A stretch of DNA of 64,000 nt. Origin: Chrysemys picta bellii (lineage: Eukaryota). Numbering within the stretch: the stretch's first letter is position 1; every line of letters begins with the position of its first letter. The position numbers and the translations under genes are program-made. Below are positions 58,953 through 64,000 of the stretch, piece by piece. The stretch is taken from assembly GCF_011386835.1 (NCBI RefSeq), contig NC_088792.1, forward strand, positions 7,812,001 through 7,876,000, read 5' to 3'. The notes below the pieces were generated by a model. The model saw nothing but the letters and a program-made list of their open reading frames with translations. It did not search any database and had not been told where the DNA came from.

Positions 58953-59248
58953 GGGTACGTCTATACTTACCTCCGGGTCCGGCGGTAAGCAATCGATCTT
59001 CTGGGATTGATTTATCTCGTCTTGTCTACACGCGATAAATTGATCCCGGATCGATCCCGGAAGTGCTCGCTGTCGACGCCGGTACTCCTCTCGCGGAGCA
59101 GGAGTATGCGGAGTCGACGGGGGAGCCTGCCTGCCGCGTCTGGACCCATGGTAAGTTCGAACTAAGGTACTTCGACTTCAGCTATGTTCTTCACATAACT
59201 GAAGTTGCGTATCTTAGTTCGAAGTGGGGGCTTAGTGTGGACCAGGCC
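58953..59248 (-). mobile_element. PIF/Harbinger-type MITE, CpG-rich, opposite orientation to 43521 and 47409
   Basis: Flanks cta/tta; TIR gggtacgtctatact/agtgtggaccaggcc. Confidence 0.85.
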
Positions 59249-59720
59249 TTAGGGGAAAAACTGTGCTAACACATTTTCACTCATTCCCACCTTATGGACT
59301 AGACACCGTGTTAGTTCGGACATTGGATGTGAGCTCAGAAACCACTGAAGGAGAGAGAGCTCTGAAACATCAGAGGAAACAAAACCTCTCCCAACACCTA
59401 AATGAGTCACCTGGTTGAGCATTGCATTATGTGGGGTAAAAGGGATGAACGATTCCTTCCTGACCTCTGTAGACCATGTCCTGTAGCCTGAGATCTGATT
59501 ACTCTGATCTTAACTACTACAAATGTTCTATCCTATATTGGTCGCAAAATTATCCAGTCGCAGCATTGGACACTAGGAAGAGGGGAGTGGGGAGAAAGAT
59601 GGACACATCTTTAAGGTGTTATATGTTGAGCCTTAACTTGTATCCTGTGTGGACACAACCTTTAACAAACAGATACCAACAATCAGTAGGGCTCATCTTT
59701 TGCTTTCCTCTCTAACTCAG

Positions 59721-59894
59721 TGACCTGAGTGCATACAGACTGATTCTGCCTCTGATCCTGCCCTGTTTCTATCCGGAGCTCTTCATGCTGTACATGCTCT
59801 ATCATGAGAAGGAAGATGACCTCTACTGCCAGGGGATTGTGGACCTGAGTTTATTTCCTGACATTAAGCTGCTAGAGGTCCTGGACGTACAGAA
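59721..59894 (+). CDS. ALS2CL: ALS2CL coding exon 20
   Basis: taactcag|T; DLSAYRLILPLILPCFYPELFMLYMLYHEKEDDLYCQGIVDLSLFPDIKLLEVLDVQ; AA|gtgagt; 174 nt. Confidence 0.96.
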
Positions 59895-60542
59895 GTGAGT
59901 AACCCAGCACTGAACAAATTCCCAAAACAGCTGGGAGAACACACTCTGCAGAGAGAAGTTCTGATGGGGGTGGGAAGCAAGAACTCACCAATGGACCCTA
60001 TGGTTCCAGTACTCCTCATTCATCCTAGTGCTTAAACTCTTCCTGGGCAGCAATGTCAATCCCTTGATGGAGTTCCTGTAATATACAGTACTTTCTTACA
60101 GGTCAGGAGTACTCTTAAAAGGCCAGGACTTTAATTTCCCATGCTGAGTTTGTTCCCTTCCTTTCTGTATGTCTCTCTTGAGCAAGAGTCTTTCCAGTTG
60201 CTTTACCAAGTGACTGGTTTACTTCAAGTTAGAAGGGTCCCACAGCAGCATATGGAGAATGGTGATTCACAATTGAAAGGAGCAACATGCTGTGGCATAA
60301 GCCTGACTCTCCACTCTGTTACAACCGGTTCTTAAAGTGGGGTTGTTCAGTTAATCCAACCGTTACTGGTTCCAGGCCAGTGCTAGAGTGGAGAATCGGA
60401 ACTCATAAGTCTACGTCCATGGTGGTGATTCCACCAAGAGCAAGGGTTTGTCAGGGCGAATGGGTGAGTGAGAATTTAGACTCTAACATGGGGATGGGGT
60501 AGATCTGCACGTCATAACTGCTCGGTCTTCATCTCATTTCAG

Positions 60543-60585
60543 ACACCTGTGGCCCCTCAAAGATCTCACCCTAACGACCAATCAG
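60543..60585 (+). CDS. ALS2CL: ALS2CL coding exon 21
   Basis: catttcag|A; HLWPLKDLTLTTNQ; |gtaagt; 43 nt. Confidence 0.95.
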
Positions 60586-61489
60586 GTAAGTAGCAGTCCT
60601 GGGATAGATCCTCAGAGCAAACTGGAGTAGCTGCTCCAACTACAGTGAAAACGCTTAAACTAATGGGGCCAGGCCGAATTACATCAGGTGAAGATCTGGG
60701 CCTTTGTATTTAGATATGTGTCAAATAACACATCAGTAGCAGATCATGTACACGAGAGCATTGGATCCAATAAATGCAGGATACAGAAAAGATATGGACA
60801 ATAGACTTCCAGTATTATCAATAAAACTTCTATCTTCTAAGTAGAAGGCATTTCCACTCTGTTGCAGGAGTTTCTCTATCTGTATTATGACAGTTCATAG
60901 ACACTCCAGTGCTAAGTACTAATTTTCTTCCTGTCCTAAATGGTTGCACAGGGTTGTTGCATGATGCTAAACATCTGCATTCCGCTCTAGAGGTTTGCTC
61001 GGTCCAAACTTTAAAATCCAGCCTGGACCCAAACCTGAGCCAAGCACAGCCGACCTGAGACTTGTCTTCAGAACTGACCTGACCTAAACCTGTTAGTGCA
61101 ACCGCCTTATCCTTGGGGCTTGGCCTGGTGGGGGCTCCCTGTGCCCACAGTCATTCTCCAGCTGCCTTCTGTCCGTGGGGTCAGGCTGATGGCTTCCTGC
61201 CCCATTCCTGCCATTTGTTGCCATCTGGCACTGTGCACTGCAGAGTGAGTGTGCAGACCAGTCACTGTGCCTCACCCCGCAGCACCCTGGTCAGTGCATA
61301 CAGGGTCTGGTCATGTTGCAATGTCTGCTCCATGGGTGGCTGCATTTCATTAGTGAATAGATTGCTGCTGATGAAGTCCTCTGGGAGGAAAGGCAATCTA
61401 TAGAAATTATTCTATAATATGTGCTTTGCTGAATCATGGGGTTTCAAAGACCTCCTAAGCTTCCCAGATGACTGTACCAGCACAGACAA

Positions 61490-61622
61490 AATGCACGGAC
61501 AGTTCTGTGTGGCTCGAAAACTTGTCTCTTTCACCAACAGACGTTGGTCCAACAAAAGACATGACCTCCCTCCACCTTGTGTCGCTAGTAACCTGGGACT
61601 GACACGGCCACAACTACATGCG
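61490..61622 (+). mobile_element. Decayed PLE pLTR (second family)
   Basis: ctgtgtggctcgaaaacttgtctctttcaccaacagacgttggtccaacaaaaga...ctgggactgacacggccacaac. Confidence 0.7.
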
Positions 61623-61652
61623 TACTAATGCAAACACTTATCTGCCTTTCAG

Positions 61653-61714
61653 AGACGTTCTCTTGTCAAAGACAAGTGCTTCCTTTCTGCTACGGAATGT
61701 CTGCAAAAGTTGAT
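61653..61714 (+). CDS. ALS2CL: ALS2CL coding exon 22 (VPS9)
   Basis: cctttcag|; RRSLVKDKCFLSATECLQKL; AT|gtaagt; 62 nt. Confidence 0.95.
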
Positions 61715-62101
61715 GTAAGTGGCCTTCTGTGATTTCTTACTCATGCCTAAGCAGGGTTGGATGACATGGTCATTAAGATACCTGAGCTCTCAGTCTAGGC
61801 TAGCACTAGGGGAGAACCTTCCTGAAAAATATTAGCATAGACTCAGGGCGAGTGACTAATGCTGAGAGCTTGAGGAGACCTAAGCTCTATTTGTGCAATG
61901 CCACAGTGGAGAGAGACCTTCCTGACCTCATCCTGGTGAACCCTTTAGATCATGAAGTCTTGTCTTAGTTCAGGCAACTGGCCTTCTCCATTCAAAAGAC
62001 TGACCCTCTTACTCTGCTTTGAGGTATCTCAGTAATGCCACTTCTCGCCTCTTAGCTGGGTAGCCCGGGGCTGCTTTCTCAGTTTATCTTTATATTGGCA
62101 G

Positions 62102-62251
62102 CACTACTGTGGACCCCCGGGAAAAGCTGGAGATCCTTCAGAAGACCTATGAGGAGATCGAGACCACGGTGTCACGAGTAGTGGAGAGGGACTATAAACT
62201 CCCAATGGATGACCTCTTGCCGCTGTTGATGTATGTTGTATCGCGGGCCAG
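62102..62251 (+). CDS. ALS2CL: ALS2CL coding exon 23 (VPS9 core, xDDLLP motif)
   Basis: attggcag|C; [49 protein letters not shown]; AG|gtaaga; 150 nt. Confidence 0.97.
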
Positions 62252-62306
62252 GTAAGAGATTCATGTTTACCACTGCTAATATAAAGCAGAGTGTCTCTTG
62301 CGTATG

Positions 62307-62506
62307 TGTAATCCACACACCTTCTGGGTGTGGTGGTCTGTCCCAGCTAGTGGCACCGAGACCACTTAGAGAGAGCGCTAAAATGAGTTTGCTCTACAGC
62401 CTTAGCTAACAGCCGGTTGGATCTTAGCTCATGCGGTAGAGGCTCATGCCCTAAGCTCCAGAGGTCCCCGGTTTGATCCCGCCCGCTGGGGTCTGTTGGT
62501 GTTACA
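62307..62506 (+). mobile_element. 200-bp solo-LTR-like element carrying a tRNA-like Pol III promoter
   Basis: TGTAA...TTACA termini; perfect 4-bp TSD tatg (62303-62306, 62507-62510); A-box-like tagctcatgcgg (62425-62436) and B-box-like ggtttgatccc (62470-62480). Confidence 0.75.
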
Positions 62507-63059
62507 TATGCTCCGTTAGGGCTGGTTGAAACTGTTTAATGGGAAATTTGGGGGTTTGATTAAATGAAGTATTTTGTGAGGTCTGTTTTCACACTAGGAA
62601 AAAAAAATCAAAATTGTCCATGGAGAATGAAGTATTTTGGCCAATATCCTGAAACTTAGATTTGGAGATGCAGTGCCTCGTGGGAGTTGTAGTTCAGTTA
62701 CCTCATGTTCCTATCCTCTATGGGCTGGGCTCCCTGGCTGGACTACATTTTGCATGCTGGACAACTTCTCTCTCCAAGAGGGAACACCATGGTGTATCAT
62801 GGCAGATGTAGTCTGACCAGGGAGCCTGACCTATAGAGGAGAATGGGAGCATGAAGTATGTGAACTACAACTCCCATGATGCACTGGCAGTATTTCCATA
62901 TAGAAAAATTCAATGGTGAGTGGGAAAACTTTGACAAATGAGAGACTCTGACCAACTGTAATTATGAAGTGTCTCCATATGCCACTGAAAACCGGTACTG
63001 CACTGCAGATGGAAAAGGCCTTCTGCTCACCCTCACAGCCCATGTCTTCAGTAGCAAGT

Positions 63060-63250
63060 CACTGAGATGAAAGAGCCCAAAGAAGACTGCTGTAGTTACA
63101 GCACCCGACTAGGGATGAGGAGAACTGAGTTGAGTTCCTGTGTGACGTTGGGCTGCCTAACTCTTTCTGGGACTCTGTTCCAATCTGTAAAATGGATCTA
63201 CTTCCTACTTTACTGGGATGTTGTGGTCTAATTTATGGCTGTGAGGGATT
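63060..63250 (+). mobile_element. MIR-like SINE fragment
   Basis: tgtgacgttgggctgcctaactct...caatctgtaaaatggat. Confidence 0.55.
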
Positions 63251-63437
63251 CTGAGCCTCTGGTAGGCGTCACTGAAATGCCTCAAAATTAAGCTTTACCA
63301 GTATAGAAATAGGTCTTAAATTATTAGTTTTCTGTAAAGAGAAATTTGTTGCCTGCGCTGTCTTCATTAGTGCTGAATGAACCAGTTCAGATTCGGTAAG
63401 AATGGAGCTGCACTGTTCTGTGAGGTTTGCAAGTGAA

Positions 63438-63468
<31 letters not shown>
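63438..63468. repeat. (CT)n microsatellite
   Basis: ctctctctctctctttctctctctctctc. Confidence 0.95.
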
Positions 63469-63941
63469 CACTCCTTGCACACGTCTGTGCTTCCTGGTTA
63501 CGCTACCGGTCCTTATTGTACTGTGTGCCACACAAGCAAAAGTAAGAAGCTTTGGGAATCTCATCTGGCCCTGAGACCTAGAGATGGAAAAAAACAGGAT
63601 CATACATTTGATAAGGCTGCCCCCACCTGAAATGGGTACGAGGAGCATTGTCCCCCAAGTGCAGATGTGGAAACCGAGGCACAAATGTTAAGGGCTTGAA
63701 TTTTCTTAGGTTCTGAACATCCAAAAGATCAGGTGCTTTGCACCTCCAAAAATCAGACTCCACTAACTCAAGGCCACAGAGGCAATTGGTTCTGTGAATT
63801 AGAACTGGGTTCTTATCCCAGTTCTCACACCAGACCCTGATTATTGGATCATCACTGCCCTGTAGGGAAGTTGCCTGCTAAGTCCAAGATATTTGTGTCC
63901 GAGGATTCATTTGAAGGATGGCCACTATTTTTGTTTTCTAG

Positions 63942-64000
63942 AATACAACATCTAGGAGCTGAGATACATCTGATCAGAGATTTGATGGACCCTACCAATG
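63942..64000 (+). CDS. ALS2CL: ALS2CL coding exon 24 (VPS9), truncated by the window end
   Basis: gttttctag|A; [19 protein letters not shown]... Confidence 0.95.

Larger units (their letters stand above)
28202..64000 (+). other. ALS2CL: ALS2CL gene span (ALS2 C-terminal-like; DH-like/PH/MORN/VPS9), 24 coding exons, 3' end beyond the window
   Basis: Manually spliced exons total 2746 nt with no stop, and every intron is GT-AG with matching phase. The translation follows recalled human ALS2CL throughout (MCATEAAESLLQSEETFSACLARINAIVLKPLLQ...[34 protein letters not shown]). Confidence 0.97.

Noticed and set aside
61748-61762. ctaagcagggttgg resembling the 5S rRNA internal promoter (AmnSINE1-like)
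   Set aside because: The match is only about 14 nt and does not extend on either side.
1-64000. CRISPR arrays, rRNA or true tRNA genes
   Set aside because: None seen. The tRNA-like segments are SINE or LTR parts without a complete cloverleaf, and the sequence is vertebrate.

Overview
Vertebrate genomic DNA, most likely a turtle (inferred from tortoise-type Pol III/SINEs, CR1 subfamilies and Penelope pLTRs). The one recognisable protein-coding gene is ALS2CL on the + strand. I traced 24 coding exons by hand from ATG 28202 to the window end. All junctions are GT-AG and in phase, giving 2746 nt (915 codons + 1 nt) with no stop and the domain order DH-like, PH, MORN repeats, helical region, VPS9. 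The gene runs past base 64000. The exon holding the ATG starts at a splice acceptor, so a non-coding first exon lies upstream; one candidate is at about 13.8 kb. The rest of the window is a dense, nested transposon landscape: CR1 3' fragments, Penelope-like (PLE) pieces, non-autonomous hAT elements with 8-bp TSDs, PIF/Harbinger-type MITEs, tRNA-derived and MIR-like SINEs, and three probable LF-SINE relics. The most unusual items are: (1) a 200-bp TG...CA element with a perfect 4-bp TSD and an internal tRNA-like Pol III promoter (62307-62506); (2) five miniature PLE insertions flanked by 7-13 bp direct repeats, three of them perfect palindromes and two with a complete minimal hammerhead-ribozyme core; (3) inverted repeat pairs bracketing ALS2CL exon blocks. 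Repeat family names and comparisons to human ALS2CL are from recall and were not checked against a database.
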